Shown piece after piece: positions 11,927 through 21,938 of a DNA stretch of 56,748 nucleotides. The notes beneath the pieces were generated by a model that worked only from the letters and a program-made list of their open reading frames with translations, ran no database searches and had not been told where the DNA came from. The number at the start of each line of letters is the position of its first letter. Positions within the stretch are counted from its first letter, which is position 1. Origin of the DNA: an uncultured Mycobacterium sp. (GTDB taxonomy: Bacteria; Actinomycetota; Actinomycetes; Mycobacteriales; Mycobacteriaceae); assembly GCA_964527015.1 (NCBI GenBank), contig CAZGPT010000002.1, positions 1 through 56,748 on the forward strand. The letters run 5' to 3'. Made by a program: the position numbers and the translations under genes.

Positions 11927-13393
11927 TCAAACGGCCGGCCTTAGCCCGGTTCCCAACGCAAGCACATGCGCCGGCGCCGGCGGCATCCGGTCCGGGAGGC
12001 TCACGGTCAGCATCCCGTCAGCAACCTGCCACCCCACCGGTTCGTCGAGCCCGAGCACCCGGACTCCGGTCACCCCGGTAGCGTCGACACCACGGATACC
12101 GAACTCGCAGCCCGGTAGATCCAGCAGGATCGCGTACACCGAACCATCACGTTGGGTGAACCGCACCGCGGTCCCCTCGGTCGTCGCGGCCTCCGCCATC
12201 GTCCATGCGCGGGTCCGGTAAACCGCCTCGCCATTGGTCTGTAGCCACGCCCCCAAACCGCGCAGCGGAACCAGCTGTTCCGCGGGAAAGCGTCCGCGCG
12301 GATCGGGGCCGATTCCGATGAGGAGGTTGCCGTTCTTGGAGACGATGTCGGCGAAAGAACGAACGAGTTCGGCCGAGGTGACGAAATCCTCCGGCCTTTC
12401 GTTGCGGTTGGCCCCGAATGAGTGCCCCACACCGCGGGTCGACTCCCATTTCTTCTGCTGGATTTCGGTGAATCGCGTGTATTCAGGAGTGCGGATGTCG
12501 TAGTGCTGATCGGCGGGAAACGTCAGCGTCTTGTACCGATCCGGCAGGTAGGACCAGAACCGTTGCACCAGATGCCCTCCCATCCGCGCGAGGGAGTCGG
12601 TGATGATCCCGCGTCGTTGCGGCGGCTCGATCCACCTGTCGTTGACGATGCCGTCCGGCACCGCGTTGTAGTAATCGGCGAACAGCGCAGGCAGCTGGGC
12701 GGCCGACGGCCAGCAGATGTCGTTCCACAGAACCGACGGCCGGTAGCGGCTGATCAACTCGCGAACATGAGATGCGGCGTACCTGGCGTAGTCCGGGGTG
12801 TGCGGCACCGCGAGGAAGGCGTCGGCGGGGTTCTGCAGCAGCGCGGAGTTGTAGGGCCAGTCATAGCCACCGGAGTAGTACAGACCCATGCGCAGGCCGG
12901 CGTTGAGGACGGCGTGGCGCAGGTCGCAGACGATATCGCGGCGAGCGTGGTAGCGGCCCTTACGTGGATGCCGGATGGTGCTGGGCCATAGGCAGAAGCC
13001 ATCGTGATGTTTGGCGGTCAGCACCACATAACCCGCACCCGCCTGCCGGCAGACCGCGGCGATGGCGTCCATATCGGCCTCGGCGGCGCCCTCGTCGAAG
13101 GGCGTGATGAAGTCATCGTATGTGGCAGACGCGCCGTAGACATCCCGCTGGTGAAGCCATGTCGGACTGCCCTTGAGCCGGCTGCTGTTGAGGTACCACT
13201 CTGCATAGGGGTTGTACCGCAACATCTCCGCCGGGCCCTTGGCCCTCAACAATTGCTGAATATCAGGTACCTGCGGCCCCCAGCCGGGCACGGAATAAAG
13301 GCCCCAATGCAGGAAGATCCCGAGCTTGGCATCGTCGTACCAGTCCGGCAGCGGATGAGCGGCGACGGATTCCCAGGAGGGCTCGAACATCAT
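11927..13393 (-). CDS. Alpha-L-fucosidase (GH29)
   Basis: WYDDAKLGIFLHWGLYSVP, YAEWY, TAKHHDGFCLW, GLYYS, LWND nucleophile, VNDRW and DIVSKNGNLL motifs. Confidence 0.92.
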   Translation of the reverse strand: MMFEPSWESVAAHPLPDWYDDAKLGIFLHWGLYSVPGWGPQVPDIQQLLRAKGPAEMLRYNPYAEWYLNSSRLKGSPTWLHQRDVYGASATYDDFITPFDEGAAEADMDAIAAVCRQAGAGYVVLTAKHHDGFCLWPSTIRHPRKGRYHARRDIVCDLRHAVLNAGLRMGLYYSGGYDWPYNSALLQNPADAFLAVPHTPDYARYAASHVRELISRYRPSVLWNDICWPSAAQLPALFADYYNAVPDGIVNDRWIEPPQRRGIITDSLARMGGHLVQRFWSYLPDRYKTLTFPADQHYDIRTPEYTRFTEIQQKKWESTRGVGHSFGANRNERPEDFVTSAELVRSFADIVSKNGNLLIGIGPDPRGRFPAEQLVPLRGLGAWLQTNGEAVYRTRAWTMAEAATTEGTAVRFTQRDGSVYAILLDLPGCEFGIRGVDATGVTGVRVLGLDEPVGWQVADGMLTVSLPDRMPPAPAHVLALGTGLRPAV

Positions 13394-13433
13394 CCCGGCA
13401 TCGTCGAGCCGATGGTCGAAGCTCCGACGCCGC

Positions 13434-13697
13434 TCAGTGGGATGCGCCGGTCAGCCTCAATTCCTCGAAGCCTGTGTGGACGAGGTTTCCGGAGCGTTGT
13501 GGTGTGGCGAGCGCCGCGATCAGACCCCACTGGATGAGACCGACGACGACGGCGGGCCAAAGCAATCCGGCGAGAGCGGCGAGCGCACCGGGGTGCTGCG
13601 GAGCGGGGGCGCCGGGCGACCGGGACCACTCGGCGAGCAGGAGAGCAAGGATCGCTATCGCTGTCGCGACGACGAGGTAGGACGCGATCCATAACAT
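13434..13697 (-). CDS. Small two-TM membrane hypothetical protein (87 aa)
   Basis: GGAG RBS and ATG at 13697. Two hydrophobic helices; AGLLWP motif shared with the neighbour gene. Confidence 0.65.
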   Translation of the reverse strand: MLWIASYLVVATAIAILALLLAEWSRSPGAPAPQHPGALAALAGLLWPAVVVGLIQWGLIAALATPQRSGNLVHTGFEELRLTGASH

Positions 13698-13773
13698 GGT
13701 CGTTGCTCCATCTCTTTGGCCGACCGAGGCCTCCGATTTTACGCCCGGCCCGCTCGTACATCCGGAACGTAAT

Positions 13774-13789
13774 GTCACGAAACAGTCAT
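13774..13789. promoter_or_regulatory. Possible MtrA/GlnR-type box GTCAC-N6-GTCAT
   Basis: 11-bp-period direct repeat upstream of the 13434-13697 gene. Confidence 0.35.
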
Positions 13790-13880
13790 GGTTAGGCAAC
13801 TTTTCCGACAGGTAGACGGATCCGTATCCGGATCCGGATCCCCTTCACCTGTTGGTGTCGAGCTGGGTCACGCCGAGCCC

Positions 13881-14141
13881 TCAGGCCGCTATCAGAGGCT
13901 GCTGCCACACCTCGGACTCCGCGGTCACCGAGCTCGAATTGCTCAGTCGGCGTTGGACTGCCGCGATCAGGAAGCACTGTGCAACGCCGATGATGAGCAC
14001 CGGCCACAACAAACCGGCGGCGACCGCAACCCCGCTGCACCGTCCAGGCGCGTTCATTCCCGGCTCGCGGGCCAAAGCCGCGAACAGCACGGCTACCAGC
14101 GCGACCGCTATGGCCCCGATTGCGTAGATGATGGTCAGCAC
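13881..14141 (-). CDS. Small two-TM membrane hypothetical protein (86 aa), paralog of 13434-13697
   Basis: GTG start after GAAGGGG. AAGLLWPVLIIGVAQ aligns with LAGLLWPAVVVGLIQ. Confidence 0.65.
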   Translation of the reverse strand: MLTIIYAIGAIAVALVAVLFAALAREPGMNAPGRCSGVAVAAGLLWPVLIIGVAQCFLIAAVQRRLSNSSSVTAESEVWQQPLIAA

Positions 14142-14474
14142 GCCGTCCCCTTCCGACTCTCCTCTCCTTCACGATACCGATAACAAGTTGCCAAAATGCC
14201 GAATGAGGACTCACGAAGCCTTATTCATAGAAAATGCATACGGTCCGGCCGGTGGGATTACTCGCACTCCGGGTCGTACCCGGACAGTGCCATTGCCGTG
14301 CGCAACGTCAAGGACGAATTTCGCGTTCCGAGTCAGGGGCATCCGGCGATCTCCCGAACCACACGTGGGGCGTCCAGCAAACCCGGTAGAGTCGACATCC
14401 GGATCGCCCTCACCAATGTCCAGAACCACCTGGCGCACGCAACGTAATTTGACGATAGATACGAGGAGTCACTC

Positions 14475-16316
14475 GTGACCACGCTCAAGCGTGAACACGC
14501 CGCCGGATCACAGCCCGGCCCGCGCAAGCGCGACCTGCACAACATCCACAAACCAGTTTTCATTCCGGCATCGGTGTTGATCATCGGACTGATCGCCTTC
14601 GCGGTGATCTACTCGACAACAGCGCAGAACGCATTCGTCGAGCTGAACAGGACCATCACCAGCACCGTCGGGTGGTGGTACATCCTCGCCACCACGATGT
14701 TCGTGGTATTCGCGCTGTTCTGCGGGTTGTCACGGATCGGCACCATCCGACTCGGACGCGATATCGAACGCCCGGAGTTCGGCTTCTTGCCCTGGATGGC
14801 CATGCTGTTCAGCGCGGGCATGGGCATCGGGCTGGTGTTCTATGGGGTGGCTGAACCGTTGAGCCACTACGTCAGTCCCCCCCAAGCGCTCGGAGTCAAA
14901 GCGGAAACCGTGGCGGCCGCCAACCAGGCGATGGCCATCACCATCTTCCACTGGGGCCTGCACGCCTGGGCCATCTACGCCGTTGTCGGCCTCGGCATGG
15001 CGTATATGACCTATCGACGCGGGCGGCCACTGTCGGTGCGCTGGCTCCTGGAGCCACTCATCGGCCGCAAACGTGTCGAAGGACCCATCGGCCATGCCGT
15101 GGACGTCGTTGCGGTGGTCGGGACCCTGTTCGGCGTCGCGACCTCGCTGGGGTTCGGCATCACCCAGATCGCCGCCGGTTTGCAATATATGGGCTGGATC
15201 CGGGTGACCAACTGGTGGACCGTCCTGATGATCGCCGTGATCACCGGGATCGCGGTGTTCTCGGTGGTCAGCGGTGTCGGCAAAGGTCTGAAGTGGCTGT
15301 CCAACATCAACATGGTGCTGGCGGCAACGCTGGCCGGATTCGTGCTGCTACTCGGACCAACGCTGCTCCTCCTACAGGCTTGGGTCCAGAACCTGGGCGA
15401 CTATATCGGCAAACTGCCGGACCTCGCGCTGCGCACCGGGCCCTTCACCACTGGCGAGTGGCTGGGCGACTGGACCGTCTTCTACTGGGGCTGGTGGATC
15501 AGCTGGGCGCCCTTCGTCGGCCTGTTCATCGCCCGGATCTCCCGGGGCCGAACCATCCGCGAGTTCGTGGTGGCCGTCCTGCTGGTGCCCACCGTCATCG
15601 GTTCACTGTGGTTCACCATCTTCGGCGAGTCGGCGATCGCACGTCAGCGAGATGAAGGCAACATGCTCGTCGACGGAGCGGTCGACACAAACACCTCGCT
15701 CTTCCGGCTCCTCGATGAACTGCCGCTCGGCCTCATCACCAGCCTCGTCGCGGTGCTCGTGATCGTCTTCTTCTTCGTCACCTCCTCCGATTCGGGATCG
15801 CTGGTGATCGACATCCTGGCCTCCGGCGGCGACCTGGATCCCCCGAAGCCGACCCGGGTCTACTGGGCCGTACTGGAGGGGGTGGCCGCGGCGGTACTGC
15901 TGTTGGCCGGCGGTGCCGGGTCACTGACCGCGCTGCAGACCGCGTCAATCGCCACGGCCTTGCCGTTCTCGCTGGTTATCGTGGCGGCCTGTGTGGCGAT
16001 GTTCCGCGCATTCCGGTTCGACCTGGCCACCACCCCCCAGTTGATGCACGTCTCGGCGCCGGATCAGCTCGCTTCGGAACTGACCGGCCCCGACCACGAG
16101 CGCCATGACGTTTCGGCGACCCTTGCCGGTCTGGTCGCGGTGCGCAGCATTCCGATCGACACCTGTGAGGTGCACGAGAAGACCGGAGCGCTGACGATCA
16201 ACGACCCGGTCGATCCCCTCGGCCCGGAAGTCGTCGATGTCGTCACCGAAGAAGAGCTCGAGAAGGCCGAGGAAGAGTTCCGTGCTGCTCACAGCAACGG
16301 CAGGAGCCCGCTTTAG
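14475..16316 (+). CDS. betP: BCCT family (betaine/choline/carnitine) transporter
   Basis: MLFSAGMGIGLVFYGVAEP, FHWGLHAWAIY, WTVFYWGWWISWAPFVGLFIARISRGRTIREF and FFVTSSDS motifs. GAGGAG RBS. Confidence 0.9.
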   Translation: MTTLKREHAAGSQPGPRKRDLHNIHKPVFIPASVLIIGLIAFAVIYSTTAQNAFVELNRTITSTVGWWYILATTMFVVFALFCGLSRIGTIRLGRDIERPEFGFLPWMAMLFSAGMGIGLVFYGVAEPLSHYVSPPQALGVKAETVAAANQAMAITIFHWGLHAWAIYAVVGLGMAYMTYRRGRPLSVRWLLEPLIGRKRVEGPIGHAVDVVAVVGTLFGVATSLGFGITQIAAGLQYMGWIRVTNWWTVLMIAVITGIAVFSVVSGVGKGLKWLSNINMVLAATLAGFVLLLGPTLLLLQAWVQNLGDYIGKLPDLALRTGPFTTGEWLGDWTVFYWGWWISWAPFVGLFIARISRGRTIREFVVAVLLVPTVIGSLWFTIFGESAIARQRDEGNMLVDGAVDTNTSLFRLLDELPLGLITSLVAVLVIVFFFVTSSDSGSLVIDILASGGDLDPPKPTRVYWAVLEGVAAAVLLLAGGAGSLTALQTASIATALPFSLVIVAACVAMFRAFRFDLATTPQLMHVSAPDQLASELTGPDHERHDVSATLAGLVAVRSIPIDTCEVHEKTGALTINDPVDPLGPEVVDVVTEEELEKAEEEFRAAHSNGRSPL

Positions 16317-16340
16317 GGGCGCCGAGTGTTAGGGGCGCCG
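16313..16340 (+). repeat. 12-bp direct repeat TTAGGGGCGCCG x2 (period 16) spanning the BCCT stop codon
   Basis: Copies at 16313-16324 and 16329-16340. Confidence 0.8.
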
Positions 16341-16379
16341 GAATGACCCAACGGCAACAGGTCGACCCGGCTTGTCCCG

Positions 16380-16453
16380 TGCCCCCAGTCGGACTCGAAC
16401 CGACACTTGGCGGATTTTAAGTCCGCTGCCTCTGCCAATTGGGCTATGGGGGC
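16380..16453 (-). tRNA. leuX: tRNA-Leu (anticodon TAA), 74 nt, CCA not encoded
   Basis: Cloverleaf GCCCCCA/TGGGGGC; anticodon arm GCGGA-CTTAAAA-TCCGC; T-arm GTCGG-TTCGAGT-CCGAC. Confidence 0.95.
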
Positions 16454-16628
16454 GTGCCGTGAACGGCACCACAGCACCGTACCGCTGGGTACGTCGGCAC
16501 CAGCCGACAGCGGTGGGGCGAAGGCCTCCCGGGTGATACCGAAACTTGCCCGACGGTCCGGTTTCTGCTGACACATCCCGATGTTGGCAACGATCTTCTG
16601 CAACCTGCGGGCCGGCCTGCGGGCCGGG

Positions 16629-17627
16629 TCACGGGACCGATAAGGCGATCCCGTCGAGAATGTCGTGCTCGCTGACGACTAGTTCGTCGATATCCGTACG
16701 CTCAGCCAGCGCATTCACCAACTCTTCGACCACGATCGCTCCGCCGCCGATTACGTCGACTCTGCCCTCATGCATGGGCCCCAGCGCGGCGCGCTGAGCC
16801 CGGGGCATGGCGATCAGCTGCCGGCACACTGCGAGCAGATCGGTGAACGGCACTCGCGACAGATGGATCGCTTCCGCGTCGTAGCTGTTCAGACGGTGAG
16901 CCAGTGCAGCGATGGTGGTGAACGTCCCGGCCACCCCGACCCAGGTTCTGGCCTGCTCCACCGGAACCACTCGCAGCGCGTCGGCGAGACGTTCCTGTAC
17001 CACTGCGCGGGCCGCCGCAATCTCACCGGCGGTCGGTGGATCGGAGTGCAGACAACGTTCGGTCATCCGCACGCAACCGATATCAGCCGAATAGCTCGCC
17101 TGTACACCACCGCCCTCCGGTGCACTGCCGAGGACCACCTCAGTAGATCCACCACCGAGATCGACGACCACGAATGGGGCCGCACCGGAATCCAATTCAC
17201 CGATCGCACCGTTGAAGGAGAGTTCGGCTTCCTCATCCCCGGCGATCACTTCGGCCACCGCGCCGGGGACCGCCGAGCCCAGCACCGCGGCGGTCATGGC
17301 GAAGAAATCGTCGCGATTGTCGGCGTCCCTGGTCGCTGAGGTTGCGACCATGCGCAGCCTACTCACACCATATTCACCCAACAGCCCGGCGTAATCGACC
17401 AGTGCGGCCCGGGTCCGAGCCAGTGCATCAACCGAGAATCGGCCGGTGGCGTCCACACCCTCACCCAGCCGGACGATACGCATCTCCCGGTGCAGATCCC
17501 GCAGCCGGTTGCCCGACCGGTCGGCGATCAGCAGGCGGATCGAGTTGGTGCCGCAGTCGATCGCCGCCACCCTGTGCATCGCGTTCACCCCGTTCATCGC
17601 GTTCGCCCCGTCCGTCGCCGCTCTCAC
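16629..17627 (-). CDS. ppx2: Exopolyphosphatase Ppx/GppA family (Ppx2)
   Basis: AAIDCGTNSIRL, VRLGEG, ATSATRDA, DLGGGSTE and SEHDILDG motifs. GTGA overlap with the DUF501 stop; an alternative ATG start lies downstream. Confidence 0.9.
   Translation of the reverse strand: MRAATDGANAMNGVNAMHRVAAIDCGTNSIRLLIADRSGNRLRDLHREMRIVRLGEGVDATGRFSVDALARTRAALVDYAGLLGEYGVSRLRMVATSATRDADNRDDFFAMTAAVLGSAVPGAVAEVIAGDEEAELSFNGAIGELDSGAAPFVVVDLGGGSTEVVLGSAPEGGGVQASYSADIGCVRMTERCLHSDPPTAGEIAAARAVVQERLADALRVVPVEQARTWVGVAGTFTTIAALAHRLNSYDAEAIHLSRVPFTDLLAVCRQLIAMPRAQRAALGPMHEGRVDVIGGGAIVVEELVNALAERTDIDELVVSEHDILDGIALSVP
17574..17609 (-). repeat. Imperfect 18-bp tandem duplication (GANAMN-GVNAMH) at the ppx2 5' end
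   Basis: Plus strand GTGCATCGCGTTCACCCC / GTTCATCGCGTTCGCCCC. Confidence 0.8.
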
Positions 17628-18115
17628 ACCCACTCCTCGCAAATGAGAAGACCCGCCATCGCCGGCTCCACCGCCAGTAGCGCCAGCGCCTCATCACCGA
17701 AGGGATTGACACCACGGCCCTTGGCCAAGGAGTGGGCCATCACCACGTGCAGGCATTTGACCCGCTCGGGCATGCCTCCCCCGGAGAACGTCGTGCCCAG
17801 CGACTCGATGGCATCTCGCTCGGTCAGGTAGGACTCGTGGGCGCGCCGATAATCGGCGGCCAGTTCCGGATCCTGCGCCAGCCTCGCCGTCATCTGCCGC
17901 ATGACCCCCTCGGACTCCAGTCTGCTCGCCGCGGCGGTCAGCACCGGGTGGGTCAGGTAATACAGCGTCGGGAACGGGGTGCCATCGGGCAACCGGGGTG
18001 CGGTCTTGACCACGGCGGGCTCACCGTTGGGGCAACGGTAGGCGATCTCCAGCACGCCGCGGGGCTCGCGGCCGAGCTGACCCGCTACCGCCTCCAGATC
18101 AGCCGGGTCAACCAC
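17624..18115 (-). CDS. DUF501 domain protein (Rv1025-like)
   Basis: QLGREPRG, PRLPDGTPFPTLYYLT and GGMPERVKCLH motifs; eno-divIC-DUF501-ppx2 operon. Confidence 0.9.
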   Translation of the reverse strand: MVDPADLEAVAGQLGREPRGVLEIAYRCPNGEPAVVKTAPRLPDGTPFPTLYYLTHPVLTAAASRLESEGVMRQMTARLAQDPELAADYRRAHESYLTERDAIESLGTTFSGGGMPERVKCLHVVMAHSLAKGRGVNPFGDEALALLAVEPAMAGLLICEEWV

Positions 18116-18794
18116 CGGGGATCGGCGCTGTCGGCGCAGGCGGAACGGGTGGGGCGGGGCCGGGGGCTCCGGGGGCCGGCGCCGGCTCGCCTGGCACCGC
18201 CGGCGGACCGTGTGGGGTGTCGGCGATGGTGTGCCAGAGTGCCGTGTACCAGGGGTCGCCGCTGGGCACCGTCTGGGATTGCGGTCCGGAATCCGGCTGC
18301 ACCACCACTCCCGGCGGTAGCTGAACCTGGTAGGGAATGTCGCCGGGCTTGACGAAACCGAGCCGCTCGCGTGCCTGGGCGGCGATATAGACCGGATCGG
18401 CGAGTTTGGCCTTCTGGCCTTCCAGGTCGGCGATCTGAGTGCGCAGCGCCGCCTCACTGGCCGCCAGTTGTTTCATCTCAGTTCGCTGAGCGAAGTAGGT
18501 CCGAACCGGTCCGGCGATGGTGAGGGTCAGTACGCACACCACCGTGGCGAGGATGGCGGCGCGGCGGGCGGTGAAACCGAGACGCTGTTCGCTCTGCTGC
18601 TGAACCGACTCCGAGATCACCTGCCGGAGCGGTTCGGTGATACTGCGGCCCATCGACTCGGCCCGGGCGCGCAGGCCGCCGCGGTGGCTCTCCCGCGCAC
18701 CGATCCGGGCAGGCCGGGCCCGGCCCCGACCCGACGCACCCGGCCGGGAAGCCGGCGCACGCCGTTTCGGGTCGGTCCGTTTGCCCTCTGCCAC
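18108..18794 (-). CDS. ftsB: Septum formation initiator FtsB/DivIC (Rv1024-like)
   Basis: One TM, a coiled coil and DPVYIAAQARERLGFVKPGD. Downstream of eno. Confidence 0.85.
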   Translation of the reverse strand: MAEGKRTDPKRRAPASRPGASGRGRARPARIGARESHRGGLRARAESMGRSITEPLRQVISESVQQQSEQRLGFTARRAAILATVVCVLTLTIAGPVRTYFAQRTEMKQLAASEAALRTQIADLEGQKAKLADPVYIAAQARERLGFVKPGDIPYQVQLPPGVVVQPDSGPQSQTVPSGDPWYTALWHTIADTPHGPPAVPGEPAPAPGAPGPAPPVPPAPTAPIPGG

Positions 18795-18819
18795 CGGTCT
18801 GTTCGCCTACTCGAATGGT

Positions 18820-20920
<2,101 letters not shown>

Positions 20921-21000
20921 GACACTCCCCTCCGATCGCACGAGTCCGGTTGCGTTTGATCCCCTATCGTTCCATGGCGGGTGTTTCGTTAGCCGGAACC

Positions 21001-21027
21001 GAACCATTCACACCATTCGCACCATTT
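21001..21027 (+). repeat. Three 9-bp tandem units with core ACCATT, just downstream of the mazG stop
   Basis: GAACCATTC ACACCATTC GCACCATTT. Confidence 0.7.
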
Positions 21028-21029
21028 AT

Positions 21030-21938
21030 CTAATGCGGCTGACCCAGGCAGCCGTGCCACTGCTCGGCGCTGATGGACCCGGACACACCGTTGGACTGCT
21101 CGGCGACGGACCGCTCGGCGGAACGCACGGTGTCCATGAACTCCAGGACCGCGGCCCGCAACTCCTGCTCGGCGTCGCCGCCGGGGCTCACCGACACCGC
21201 TGTCAGCGCCGGTGGAATCAGCTCGGACGGCAGTCCGGCCGCCGTAACCCGGTCGATGACCTTCTGCGCCAGTGCCAGCGCCGGTTGTCCGGTGGGCAGA
21301 CCGTCGATGCACGATCCTTCCCCGGAGCGCTCGAGGGCCTTGCGCTGTTCCCACTGGGCCAGCTGATCCTCCAGGGTGATCTGCTCGCCGGCCAGCACGG
21401 CCGGCACCCGGTGACCGAGTTTGCGCACCAGTGCGTCGGCAACATCATCGATGGTGAACGGATCCTGATCAGCCTCCTCGGCGATGCGCGCGTGGAACAG
21501 CACCTGTAACAGCACATCGCCGAGTTCGTCGCGGAGCTCGCCGGCGTTTCCACCGCGGACGGCGTCGAACAGCTCGTAGGTCTCCTCCAGTAGATAGCGG
21601 CGTAGGGAATGGTGGGTCTGTTCGCTCTCCCAAGGCCCGGAGGTGCGTAGTTTGTCCATGATCTCGACCGCGTCGACCAGCCGCTCGCCAGGTCTGGGCG
21701 GCGCGACGGACACCAGCCGCTCACCGGCGGCCAGCCGGTGCCGGACGTCGGGGTGCCCGGGGTCGGACGACAGCAGCACCGGCGCCGCCGGACCGACCAG
21801 GGCAGACCGGGCCGAGGGCAACGACCACGGCACCCGGATCGGCATCTCCTCGGTGTACTGCACATCACCGCCGAGCAGTTCCGCCGCCTCGACCGGTACC
21901 AGGGCAGGCCTACGCGGATCGACCAGGATCACCGTCAT
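21030..21938 (-). CDS. mazG: Nucleoside triphosphate pyrophosphohydrolase MazG
   Basis: [20 protein letters not shown] and [12 protein letters not shown] motifs. ATGA overlap with the mfd stop. Confidence 0.92.
   Translation of the reverse strand: MTVILVDPRRPALVPVEAAELLGGDVQYTEEMPIRVPWSLPSARSALVGPAAPVLLSSDPGHPDVRHRLAAGERLVSVAPPRPGERLVDAVEIMDKLRTSGPWESEQTHHSLRRYLLEETYELFDAVRGGNAGELRDELGDVLLQVLFHARIAEEADQDPFTIDDVADALVRKLGHRVPAVLAGEQITLEDQLAQWEQRKALERSGEGSCIDGLPTGQPALALAQKVIDRVTAAGLPSELIPPALTAVSVSPGGDAEQELRAAVLEFMDTVRSAERSVAEQSNGVSGSISAEQWHGCLGQPH

Noticed and set aside
13816-13841. (GGATCC)-like hexamer run with nested palindromes
   Set aside because: Short low-complexity microsatellite with no supporting context.
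14196-14474. Possible riboswitch or small ORFs upstream of the BCCT gene
   Set aside because: No known riboswitch consensus recognised; the ORFs lack an RBS and motifs.
17624-18457. Long N-terminal extensions in the ORF track (DUF501, eno, lpqV, lpqU, tspO, FAD oxidoreductase, 47366-48442)
   Set aside because: Artefacts of choosing the first start codon; starts were reassigned from RBS, gene overlap and family N-termini.
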